A stretch of DNA of 63,758 nucleotides, counting the filler, from Reticulomyxa filosa (lineage: Eukaryota; Protista; Foraminifera): assembly GCA_000512085.1 (NCBI GenBank). It is 15 parts of 15 records of this genome, joined end to end, with 100 filler letters (N's around TTAATTAATTAA, not from the genome) between each part and the next. Parts side by side here need not be neighbours in the genome. Positions count along the whole stretch, not along the records: positions 25,472 to 37,561 come from ASPP01027642.1; positions 37,662 to 43,199 come from ASPP01008577.1; 13 more parts are not named here. One strand, 5' to 3'. Positions 25,571 through 37,681 of this stretch are shown piece by piece. Below the pieces are notes generated by a model that worked only from the letters and a program-made list of their open reading frames with translations, had not been told where the DNA came from and searched no databases. Each line of letters begins with the position of its first letter. The stretch's first letter is position 1. The position numbers and the translations under genes are program-made.

Positions 25571-28500
25571 ATATTTCGAGTGCAAACCTGGTCATTCTTA
25601 TTTTGTCCGTGTGAGTGATGTGGATTCGATTGTGAAGACACGTGCGGAAATGGAAAAGGAAAATGGCAAGCAACCAGAGATGATTCCAGAGGACCTGGAA
25701 ATGGAACCGCCGGTGCAGGATCAGCAAGCAGTGCAATGCGGAGATCGTGTGACGTTGGTGAACAATCGCACCGGCGTGGTGCGTTTTGTGGGGGCCACTG
25801 ATTTTGCACTTGGCGAAATGTATGGAATCGAGCTGGATGCGAAATTGCCGATCGGTAACGACGGGTCATTTGGGAACATTCGCTACTTCAGCACCGACCA
25901 TGGAAGAGGAATATTTGTGCGAAGAGCAGCTATCATCGCTGTGGACCCATTGCCATTGCTCGAGGAAACCGCGGAATCCAAAGATGACGCAAGCGAGAAT
26001 GTCGACATATATCGTCAAAAAACAGTGATTGAAAAAGGCAGGTCCGACAATGACAACGACGAACAAATGGAACGAATGGGAGCAATTGAAGAGGATGAAG
26101 AAGAAGAAGAAGAAGAAGAAAAAGAAGAAGAAAAAGAAAAAGAAGAAGACGTTCGGGTTGAAGTTGATGCCTATGTCACTTTGATGAATGGACAAACAGG
26201 AGTTACGTTATTTATTTTATTTACTTGTAAACAAAAAATGTACATTAAATTGTATATACATATCGTCAATCCAACAACAATGATGGAATAGTTTGTTCGA
26301 TACATTGGAGTAACGGATTTTAGCAAAGGCGAAGAAGTCCTCGGCATCGAGTTGGATCAATGGGACGTGAATGGAAACGACGGATCCAAAAATGGCAAGA
26401 AATACTTTACTTGCAAGAACGGACGTGGCATATTTGTGAAGCAAGACAGCGTGACGCGAGTATTGAAGATTCCGGTCACGTTGAAACATTTGGAATTGAA
26501 GGACTTGATGAGTAGTGATGAGCGTGACGTAAGAACGGGGAAAAAGTTGGGCTTGGAAGAACGCATCAAAATATTGGAGGAAAAGGAAAAAGAGACACAA
26601 AGAGAACAAGAGTTGCAAAAGATGATTGAAAAATTACAAGTCGGCGACCGTGTTGAATTGGACCGATCTAGAACTGGTATTTGTTTGTTTATTTGAGTGT
26701 GATATGAAAAGAAAAGATGATTTATTTAATAATAATAAAAATAAAAAAAATAATAAAGGAACTGTTCGATATATCGCACCCGTGGAAATTGCAAGTGGTG
26801 GTGAAGCCATTGGTATCGAATTAGATAAGATTTCCCCACAGGGACACGACGGCAAAGGCAAATTTGCCACGAAAGATGGCTTTGGTATATTTGTGCGTGC
26901 CAAAGAGATCAAAAAAGTCCTTGTACGCCAGTCAATGGAATACGGAGCGAATGGTAGCAATGCGACAGGCCTTTTAACCAATGGAGAGAATATTGTTGTC
27001 CATGTCGACGATCGCGTTCGCATTCAAGGCGGTCGAACAGGTATCGTGCGTTACGTAGGCCCATTGGCTGGAATGGAAGACGCGAAGAAACAATACATTG
27101 GATTGGAGTTGGACGAATGGGATCCCAAGGCCACTTCGGGGACGTTTAAAGGAAAGGAATACTTCCGTGTCAATGCCAATAAGGGCGCCTTCATTGATGT
27201 CTTCCAAGTGGTGGAAAACCTTGGAAGCACAAATGTGACCGAAAAAAACCAAACACCGCCAAAGCCTTACGATGGCGACTTGAGTCGAGGACAGATGGTA
27301 AAGACGAAATACTATGGCATCGGCACGGTGATGTTTATGGGATTCGGGCACTTTAGCGATGGCGAAGTGATTGGATTGGAACTGAAACAATGGTGGCCCA
27401 ATGGAAGTGACGGGACAGTGGACAATAAGGAATATTTCAAATGTCCACAAGGACGTTCGTACTTTTGCTCTCGCAAAGATATTGAAAAGGTATTGACAGA
27501 GGCCGAAATCAAAGCCCTGAAAGAATCGGAAACAACAAAGAACAATGACACAAATAAACTCGTGGAAGACTGGCCCGAGCCAAAGACCAATCTGAAACGA
27601 ATGCCTGTAATCAAAGACCGCGTCCGAGTGTTTGATGGCCAAACCGGAGTAATTCAATTCATTGGGTCAGTCGACTTTGCAGAAGGAACATGGATCGGTC
27701 TCGTGTTGGACGATTTTTCCCCCAATGCAACTGACGGGACAGTGAAAAACAAGCCATACTTTCGAACAAAGCCTCAGCGTGGATTTTTCATCAAGCAAAA
27801 GTATTTGACGGAAAATCTGGGCTCCATTGTGAACACGCCTTTGGATCGTGTGGTGCTAGTGGACACCACGAATAATGAAGATGTCAAGTTCAAAGTGGGC
27901 GATCGCATTCAATTGGCGGAAGGCGGAACCGGAGTGGTGAAATACGTCGGCAGTGAGGCAGGCGAGGACGAAATGGAGCCAATTATCGGAGTCGAGTTGG
28001 ATACTTGGGATCCCAATGCCAACGATGGAAAGTTCAAAGGCAAGTCGATGTTCAAAACAAAGATGGGCAGAGGCTTGTTCACACGACGACAATCGATTAT
28101 GCAAGTGCTCCCACCCAAACTGGGACATTTGCCTCATTTGAAAGTGCTGCCTGACAAGGGCGATCGAGTGCGACTGCGATCGGGCGAGGAAGGCATTGTG
28201 CAGCGTATCGAAAAGTCTTTGACGGCGACAACCCCATCCAGTCAACAAGAGATCCAAATTGTCTTGTTGGACTCTTTCATTGGCGGTGACGGCAGCAAAC
28301 GAATTGTCAGGCTCTCCGATTTGAGTGAAAATCTCGGAAAGTATTACGACGAGCGTTATTCGAGTCTGCAAAACGAATCTTTGGAATTGAAAGTAGGCGA
28401 CCATGTGCGATTGCTGCGTGGCAAAACTGGCAAGATTAAATATATCGGCCCCGTTGGCGGAGAGATTGAAATGATTGGTATCGAATTAGATTCGTTCAAT

Positions 28501-31500
28501 CCAAGCGGACATAATGGCAAGGGCTATTTTGTGACGACCAATGGAAGAGGCTATTTCGCTAAGCGGTCCGACGTGGTTGGACTGATCGAACGACCAAATG
28601 ACACGGAGCAAGCCAAAATCCAAACGCAAAGATATCGACAAATGCGTGGATTGCAAAAAAGATTGTACAAAATCGAGCAAATCGAAAAAAACAACCATCT
28701 AGGAACGGAGTTAAATCGCAACCAAGGCCATTTCATGCAACGGAAAATGTCCATCCAGAGACAATTAAAGGACCTTACCGAGGCGTTCAACGCGAGCTAT
28801 CCTCTCGTCGAAATTGATGATGTGGTCAAACGTGAATCGGCCAATGGATCAAATGGACTCGCATTGGCTTCCGGACACGGAGCTTCACAAGTTAAAACGG
28901 GTGACAAGGTCATATTGGACAGTGGCGAAGTTGGCAAAATCATGTTTATTGGCTCTGTCAGCTTTGATGATCGCGAAATGCTTGGCATTTTATTGGACAA
29001 CTGGTCTCCCAATGGTCATAGTGGAACGGTCGATGGAACCCAATACTTTGTGGCGCCGGAAGGAAGGGGATTACTTGTGCCTTTCGACTCCATCGTGGGA
29101 CTGTTTGATGAGGAAAAAGAGGACAGCAACAAAACACCTGTGAAAAATGACCAAAGAAGAAGGTCGATGGAACTGGAGCCAGTTCGCGAAGAAAATGATG
29201 ATGACCTGAACAACGACAATGCCGACGATTTCAAAGATTTACCTGAATTGGTTGAGTTGCAAGAGGAAGAGGAACAGCATTTCTCTGATTTACCAAAAGT
29301 CGGCGAAGCAATTGCCTTTGGAGGTACAAACAAATATGTACATGTATATACATATATGTAAATATTTTTTTTTTTTTTTTTTTTGTTTATTGAAACTTTT
29401 CTTTCGTAAATACTTTTACTAATGCAAAACGATGTTTGCTTGCTTGTTGTAAAATAGGAAAATCTGGAGTGGTGAAGTACATAGGAAAGACCGAGTTTAG
29501 TAAAGACGAGCCAATGATAGGCATTGAATTGAATTCGTGGAGTGCCAATGCAACTGATGGCACATTGTTTGGAAGGAGATATTTCAATGCGGCTCCAGGC
29601 ACGGGATACTTTATTCGAAGACAGTCGTTTGCTTCATTGAAGGATATGATCAAGGACGACGATGCTCAGAAAATTCTGCGACAGGATTCACTGGCTCTGG
29701 AAAACTTTGATCCCAAATCTCTGGGCGTGTTTTACGAAAAGGGCGATCACATTGTGACGAGCGACGGATACAGCGGAAAGGTGATATTTACCGGCAAAGT
29801 GAAATTTGCTCCGCATGAAATGGTCGGATTGCATTTGGACGAATGGGACCCCAATGGTCACAATGGCACTGTCCGAGGTGAATCTACTTTGAGGTGCCTC
29901 CGGGAATGGGATGGTTTGTGCGTGCAGATAGTGTGTTGCAAGTCATTGAGAACGAGCAAGAATGGAAAAAAAGAGTAGAGGCAGAAAAAAAAAAAATAAA
30001 AAGTAAATACCGTATGAAGGTAGATGTTGGACAACGTGTGCAACTCAGAAATGGAATGCGCGGTTTGGTTCGCTTCTGTGATCGAACTGATTTCGCAAGT
30101 GGTGACAAATGGGTGGGATTGGAATTGGATGATTGGTATTACAATGCCCATGACGGAACCGTGAATAGCAAAACATACTTTACCACCAGCAAAGGACGAG
30201 GCTTTTTTGTGAAGCTCGAAGAGATTTCCATTGTCCTACGAAAAGAAGAAGAAAAGAGAGCGCAATCGCTGCGAGTGATGCCGGAATTGGGAGATCGCGT
30301 TCGAACTGTTCGTGGCAAAACGGGAGTGGTTAAGTTCATTGGAGAAGTCGATTTTTCCAGTGGCGCTTTGATCGGAGTGGAATTGGATCGTTGGAGTCCC
30401 AATGCTGGAGATGGGTCTGTCAATGGCGTCGAATATTTCAAGTGTTTGGTCGGACGTGGCTATTTCACCACATTGTCGCATTTGGTTGAAAACCTGGGCT
30501 CAACTCTGCCAGCTTCACTGCAGTCCAACGCAGGTAACGATGTCCAAGCGCAACAAAAGGAATTCCCACCTGATATCAAGCCCGGAGATAAAGTCAAATT
30601 GGCACAAGGAAAAGTTGGTGTTGTCCGTTATATCGGCACTACAGAAGAAACTGGAAATGAAGAAATTGTCGGAATTGAGTTTTGTTTTTTTTTCCGTCCT
30701 GCGTTTACTTTACTATTTGCATTATTTTCACATTTGTTTGTTTGTTTCTTTTTTTATTAAATACAATAAGATTGGATTCGTGGGACGCCAATGCTCGAGA
30801 TGGCACTCTTGGCTCCAAGAAACTCTTTGATGCCAACAAAGGAAAGGGATACTTCACTCGACGCAAGTCGATCGCCAATGTGGTGAAAACACACATCAAG
30901 GAAGGAGGGTTTGCAAAGTTGAAAAATTTAGTGGCGACGCCCAAATACAATGGCCAAATTGTAAAGATCCTTGGATACGCGCCTGAAAAGCAGCGATGGA
31001 AAGTCCGATTGCATGAGGACAAGAAAGACAACAAACTGTTGGGAGTGAAAGAAGAGAATTTGGCTCCAATCTTTGATTGGGAAGTGCCGCTTGAAACCGA
31101 CTTTAGAGCAGGTCATCTCACTCGAGCGCCTCTGGTGGGCGACCGTGTACGCACCAAAACAGGGAAAACGGGTATTGTTCGCTTTGTGGGTGAAACTGAA
31201 TTTGCACGGGACCAATTGAGCATCGGATTGGAGTTAGATCAATGGCATCCCTCTGCACACAACGGCACGGTTAATGACAAAGAATACTTTAAATGCAAAG
31301 AGGGACATGGCTATTTCGCCAGCATAGAACAGTTGGTGGCCAATTTGGGACAATTTGATGAAAGCGAACAGGTAGCACCCTTGCCACCCAAACCAAAGTT
31401 TGCAATTGGAGATAAAGTAAAACTGGCTCGAGGCAAGATTGGAGTGGTCAAATTCATCGGAGTCACTGAGTTTAGCAAAGGAGAAGAAATTGTTGGCTTG

Positions 31501-34500
31501 GAGTTATCCCAATGGACAGAAGGAGCGCACGATGGGAAAATTCGTGACAAACGCTATTTCAAGACAAAGCCTGGTCGCGGATATTTCACCCACAAAGGGT
31601 CCATTGTGAATTTGGTGTTGCCAGATGCAAATACAGCCAATCAAAGCAGCCGACTGCGGATCCGTCGTGAAATTAAAAAGACCAAACGAAGACTACATCA
31701 AATTGCAGTGTTGGAAACACGTCGCGAAAAAGGCGAAACGTTGACATCCAAACAACTCCAAAGAATTGCTAGCAAAGACGCATTGTCGAAAAAGTTGAAT
31801 GAATTGGAAAATGGAAACTTTGACTTTGAGGCTCAAGATAGAGAAAGAAAGGAAATGAGTCTTAAAAAGCGTAATCAACTGTTGGAAAGGAAGGCCACAA
31901 TGGATTTGGGCGCCAAAAAATGGACAGTACCGGTAAGCGTTGGTGATGCCGTACAATTGGAGAATGGAGCCACTGGTGTCGTGAAGTGGATTGGCAAAGT
32001 ACCATTTCTCACGGATGATGTACTTGGCTTGTTAATGGACACAACCAATCCCAACTACCACAATGGAGAGTTGGATGGAAAGGAATACTTCAAAACACCA
32101 AATGGCCGAGGATACTTTGCGTTGCAGGAAGAAATACAAAAGAACATGGGAACCACTAAGCGCACGCGACCAAAACACAATCAAGTATCAACAGAAACAT
32201 CTCAGAACAATGTAAACGTTGGTGATGCTGTCAAGACCATGCAGGGACCTGGGAAAGTGGTTTGGAAAGGCAACGTGATTGGAGAAGATGGGAAAACAGA
32301 GGAAGAAATGCTAGGAGTGGAATTGGAAGCCTTTGATCCCAATGCAAATGATGGCTCCATTCAAGGAACCAAGTACTTTGAAAGTAAACCTGGACATGCT
32401 ATTTTCACGCGTAGAGAGTCATTGCAATTGCCGTTATCAACCGACTTTGACCAAAATCAACCGAATGGTGTTGAATTTACTCTTGGAGATCGTGTTAAAC
32501 TCGACAATGGTTGTACTGGAGTTAAGAGACCATAAAAACATTGTGTGCATATATGTATATGTATGTATATGTGTATATGTATAGGTTGTCAGATTCGTGG
32601 GTCCAGTGACATTTGAACAAAAAGAAGAAACGATCGGCATTGAGTTGGACCAATGGTCACCGAATGGAAACAACGGCAGTGTAAATGGAATAAAGTGCTT
32701 TGACTGTCCAAACATGCGAGGATTCTTTTGTTTAAGGCATCAGATAGTCGAAAATATGGGCTCGACAATTCAACCATCGCACAAAGAAGAAGAGAAAGGA
32801 AATGATAGTGGCGACAAAGATTGGCTCAACGAAAAAGGCAAGGCAGTGAAAGTGGGAGATTACGTGGAGTTGGACCGTGGACGCACTGGTGTGGTCGAGT
32901 GGATCGGCAAAACCGATTTCAACGAAGAAGAAATGCTGGGCATCGAATTGGACGAGTGGTGGATTAATGGGCATGACGGAAGTAAAGATGGAAAGAGGTA
33001 CTTCCAATGCGCCGAAGGACACGGATACTTTGCCCATCGACGTTCGATTGCAGAAATAAAGAGGGATGAGTTGCCCAAAATCGACCCAGTGATCCAAGAG
33101 ACCAATCGTCGAGTCAATCGAATCGACCGCCTTCTCAAGCATTTGAGAGATATTCAAAGATACGAACAACGATTGGCCGGTGGCGATCGATTGCATAAAG
33201 GCCAAATCGAAAAAATTCAACGCAAAGATAAGTATAAAGAGGAATTGGAACAATTGCAGAAAGCCCCGCCACCCAATTTGCAAGATATACTTTTGGAGAG
33301 ACAATATGAAGACGACACCCAAGTCCAACTTGCGAATGACATACCGATACAAGACTTGAAAGAGACACAAGCAAGAGAAAGCGAAGAAGACGAAGATGAT
33401 GATGAAAATGATGATGAAAATGATGAAAATGAAGAAAATGAAAAAGAGCAGGGAGGAAACACGGAGAATAGTAACGAACAACAACAGGGCTCTTCTCACC
33501 GAAAGAGTATTGCCGAAAACCTGATCCAAGTCAACGTTGGAGATCGAGTTCGAATATTGGGCAACAAAACTGGAATAGTCAGATACTTTGGCAATGTCGA
33601 TTTTTCCAATGAAAAGTTGGTTGGCATTGAGTTGGACAGTTGGCATCCCAATGCAACTAATGGAACTGTTCGAGGAAAAACTTATTTCAAAGTTTAGTCT
33701 TTTTTTTATATTTTTTTTTTTTTTAACCTTATAATTAAAATGTTTTTCTTTATTAAATTTCATACAAATTGCTCTGCGGGTGGTCTTAGTGCGATCGTGG
33801 TCGTGGATTCTTTGCTAAAGAAAGCCTCATCCTTGAGAACCTTGGACGTGAGGTATGTGCTTATACAAATGCTTATCTCCTTTTGTTTTATTGGCATTAT
33901 TATTATTATTATTATTATATTGTTATTTGTTTGCATGTCTTTGAATCAGGACATGCAAAAAGAAACGACAAACGACGAGGAAGAAGGAACTCCACCCCCA
34001 CAAGCTCCCTTGCCCAAAATTCAATTCAAAATTGGCGATTATGTGAAGTTGGCTCGTGGAAAAACAGGTGTGGTAAAGTACATTGGAGAAACTGCATTCA
34101 CGCAAGGCGAAATTATTGGACTGGAGTTGGACACGTGGGACCCTCATGGACACAATGGGACAATCCGCAGCAGAAAATATTTCGAAGCCAACGAAGGACG
34201 CGGCTATTTCACGAAACGAGAACTGATATCCCAAGTCGTAATTCCTTTAGTTAAGCCGATTGACTTAAAGGCTGTCAATGTAACCTTCCAGTTGCGACCC
34301 TTTAAATTTGGAGATCGTGTGCAAATCAAAGAAAATGGAAGAACTGGTATCGTCAAATACGTCGGATTCCCATCATTTACTGACGGCGAAGTGATCGGAA
34401 TTGAGTTGGATGAGTGGTCCATGGATGCACACGACGGCATTGTCAACAACGAGGTCATTTTCGAGACATTCCCGGGACGTGGCACATTTGCAAGACGAGA

Positions 34501-35511
34501 CGATATTGAAAAGTATGATCCCGAGCAAAAGAAATTGGAAGAGGCCAAAATCCAATTAAAACTTGGTGATAAGATTAAACTTACCAATAACCGCACAGGA
34601 GTGGTAAAATATATTGGTGCAGATCATTTATCTGATCAAGAAATTATTGGAGTCGAATTAGGTTTTTTTTTTTTTTTTGTACTTGTTCAATGTATTATGT
34701 ATGCTAATGCATTTGAGCACAAACATTCTCTCTTTTTTTTTTGATCAGATGCATGGACCCCTGGCGCGCACGATGGTGTTTATAACAACTATCGATATTT
34801 CCAAGTATTGCTGTGTTTATATTTTATGTTTTGTGCTATCGTTTACAGAAATTGTGTTAACACAAATAGTGCCCAATTGGAAGAGGCATCTTTGCACGAA
34901 GATCGTCTGTGATTTCGGTAGAGCCTGTTCCAGAAGTTGAAACCAAATCAGACGACAGCGAAGATGAAAGAGATGAAATAAGATATGACATTGGTGACAG
35001 AGTGCAAATTGACACCGGAAAAAAAGGAGTTGCGTTGGGACATTTTGTCTCTTTGTTTATTCTTCTTATTATTGTTAAATGAAGCATTGCCATACATGAA
35101 CGGCAATAACTTAACAGACTATACGATACATTGGCAAAGACACTAAAGGAGAAGAAGTATATGGAATAGAATTGGATGAGAAAATACCCAAAGGAACAGA
35201 TGGACGTCATAACAACGTGAGATACTTTAGTTGCAGGTTTTCATTCATTTAAAAAAATATATATATATATATATGTATATAAATAATTGCTTACAAATAT
35301 AAATGTTTTGTATTATATCACTTTGTGAAAAAGACTTGGACGTGGTATATTTGTACGAAAGCACGTAATTGTAAGCATAGTGCAAGAAGATGATCTTCCA
35401 AAATTTGTCACAGGAGACAGAATTAAGTTAAGTCGCGGACGCTATGGTTACATCAAATATATCGAAGAAACAGAAGAAGGCGAGGTATTTGGCATTGAAA
35501 TCGGTATAAAT

Positions 35512-35542
<31 letters not shown>

Positions 35543-37514
35543 CTATGTAATATTTTCAATTTCTGTAACTTCTATTTTGATGGAGATGAGAGAAAGGAAA
35601 GAATTCATTAAAAAGTAATATGAAATAATATTTGTATGTGTGCGTAATGAATCTATATAGATGTGTGGGGCGGAGACATAGCCAATGAGGAAGCAGGAAG
35701 AACAAGACGCTTCAGTGTGAAACACGGATACCCAATAACGCGATCTCGTTCGAGTATGACAGGGAATTTATTGTCTCCAGAACTTGATGAGACCGCTCCT
35801 TCCACGCCCACGGATGACAAGAAAGAAAGCAATGCAAAAGGATTTTCGTTGGGAGAGACAGTGGAATTGACGAATGGATTAATCGGAACAATACGATTTA
35901 TTGGACCAATGTACTTTGCCAAGGACGAGGAATGGATTGGTGTTGAGCTCCACGATGGATGGGGCAAGCATGACGGAGCGTATCAAGGAGTGAGATACTT
36001 CACTTGTCCTCCCAAGCGTGGTGTGTTTGTCAAAGAAGTAAAACGTCTCCGAGAAGACGATCCTAGTCGACAGTACCTGAAACGCCGATGTCCAGAATGT
36101 GAAGGCCAGTTTTTGAAGTTGCGTAACCCTGCGAAAGCCTATCGAGGTATGGGCATGGTGTGCGATCGTTGTCATCGTCACGGAACCCAATTCTCGGAAA
36201 ATGATTGGTTTTTCCAATGTTCGAAATGTGAACAAATCGACCTGTGCATGGACTGTATGCTAAAACTGCATCCCTCAGAGCCTCAACGCGAAGATGACGT
36301 CGCTGAAGTCCGGGCCAAATGTCGTCTACTCGATGGACAATGGGTGTTTGAAGAAATTGATGTGGACGACGCCGTGTCTGAATTGTCCCAGAAAGATCAG
36401 CAAACAAAAGGAGAAGAACCACAAACAGCACCAGCAACGACAACAACCGAAGCACAAAAACCACAACAAAGTGTTATTTCCACTATCATTGAAGAAGACA
36501 AAGAAGATGACAATGATTTTGAACCTCTTGCTCCAAAGACATTACAGGCGCAAGTGTCATCTAAATTCCATTTATCTGAAGTTCTTTATTTTTTCTTTTA
36601 TTTTTTTTTTTTTTTTTGCTATACAACTCCAGTATAAATAATCCAAATTTCAAACTAAAATAATAATAATAATGGATAGATCAGGGCAGTCTTCGACTTC
36701 TTCGATCGTGACGAAGATGGGCTGCTGCACACAACAGATATTGACGATATGTGGGCTGCATCAAGGCATGAATTGGATCGAGAATACTTTATTTCTCCTT
36801 TAAGTTTTGAACAATTTCAAAGAGCATGGAATACCGTGTCCGATGATGCCAGCCAAAATCTATTTCAATACCTCGAATTACACAAAAACAAGCTGGTACA
36901 GATAAACTTTCTGTCTTTCCAAAAATAAGTATATGTATATGTAATGTATGTGTACGTATACACGCTCACACCGCATGAAGTGCTTTTGTTGTTGTTCGTT
37001 CGTTTATACTTTAAAAAAAAACTAGGCCAAAGGTGGTCGTAAGTCAATGGAATTTTTGGAAAAAGTACGAGATATATTTGAATACTTTGACAGAAATGTA
37101 GACGGTACATTGACAATTGAGGACATGGCGCGCATAGTCCCATTAATAAGCGTATCACTTGGAGTAGATCAGGGAAAGAAATGGTTCGACCCTCCTTGCG
37201 ACTTTATCAAGTTCCTGTCTCGAATGCAGGCATTGGGTGAAGATGTCACAAAACCGATCATCGATCGCTTAGTCCATCACATGAAGCTGCGTGTCAAAGA
37301 CGTGTTTTTCTTATTTACACATGGCACACATGAAATGATGACAGAGCAAGAATTCTTACAAATGTATGCATATGCATTGAAGAAGGAATTGGATTGGCGA
37401 AGAGTTTATCGCTTCCCGTGTTCACAGTCCGAATTTGTCGAAAAATGGAATCATTTGGGAGTCTTTGAACAGCACGGAATTTTGATGGAAACAGAAAAAC
37501 GACTGACAAAAGAA
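25571..37514 (+). CDS. Giant tandem CAP-Gly protein (~28 domains) with helical hairpins, a ZZ-like zinc finger and EF-hands; truncated at both ends
   Basis: Repeated xGDxVxL..GxTGxV[KR][FY]xG..F....IG[IVL]ELD.W.PNxxDG....YF....GRGxF units across consecutive + strand exons. The last unit has canonical WIGVELHDGWGKHDG..GVRYFTC..GVFV. It is followed by CxxC..CxxC..CxxC..LCxxC and the EF loops DRDEDGLL and DRNVDGTL. Confidence 0.93.
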
Positions 37515-37520
37515 GTTTTG

Positions 37521-37554
<34 letters not shown>

Positions 37555-37681
37555 GGTTTTTNNNNNNNNNNNNNNNNNNNNNNNNNNNNNNNNNNNNNNN
37601 NNNNNTTAATTAATTAANNNNNNNNNNNNNNNNNNNNNNNNNNNNNNNNNNNNNNNNNNNNAAAAAAAAAAAAAAAAAAAG

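Noticed and set aside
32732-33763. Long antisense ORFs (also 706-1164, 26974-27657, 52010-52789) as overlapping genes
   Set aside because: They are shadows of purine-rich or high-GC sense coding sequence, with Phe/Leu- or Arg-rich translations and no motifs.
12631-37514. Tubulin, the CAP-Gly giant and other genes as a physical gene cluster
   Set aside because: They lie on different contigs separated by spacers, so adjacency carries no biological information.
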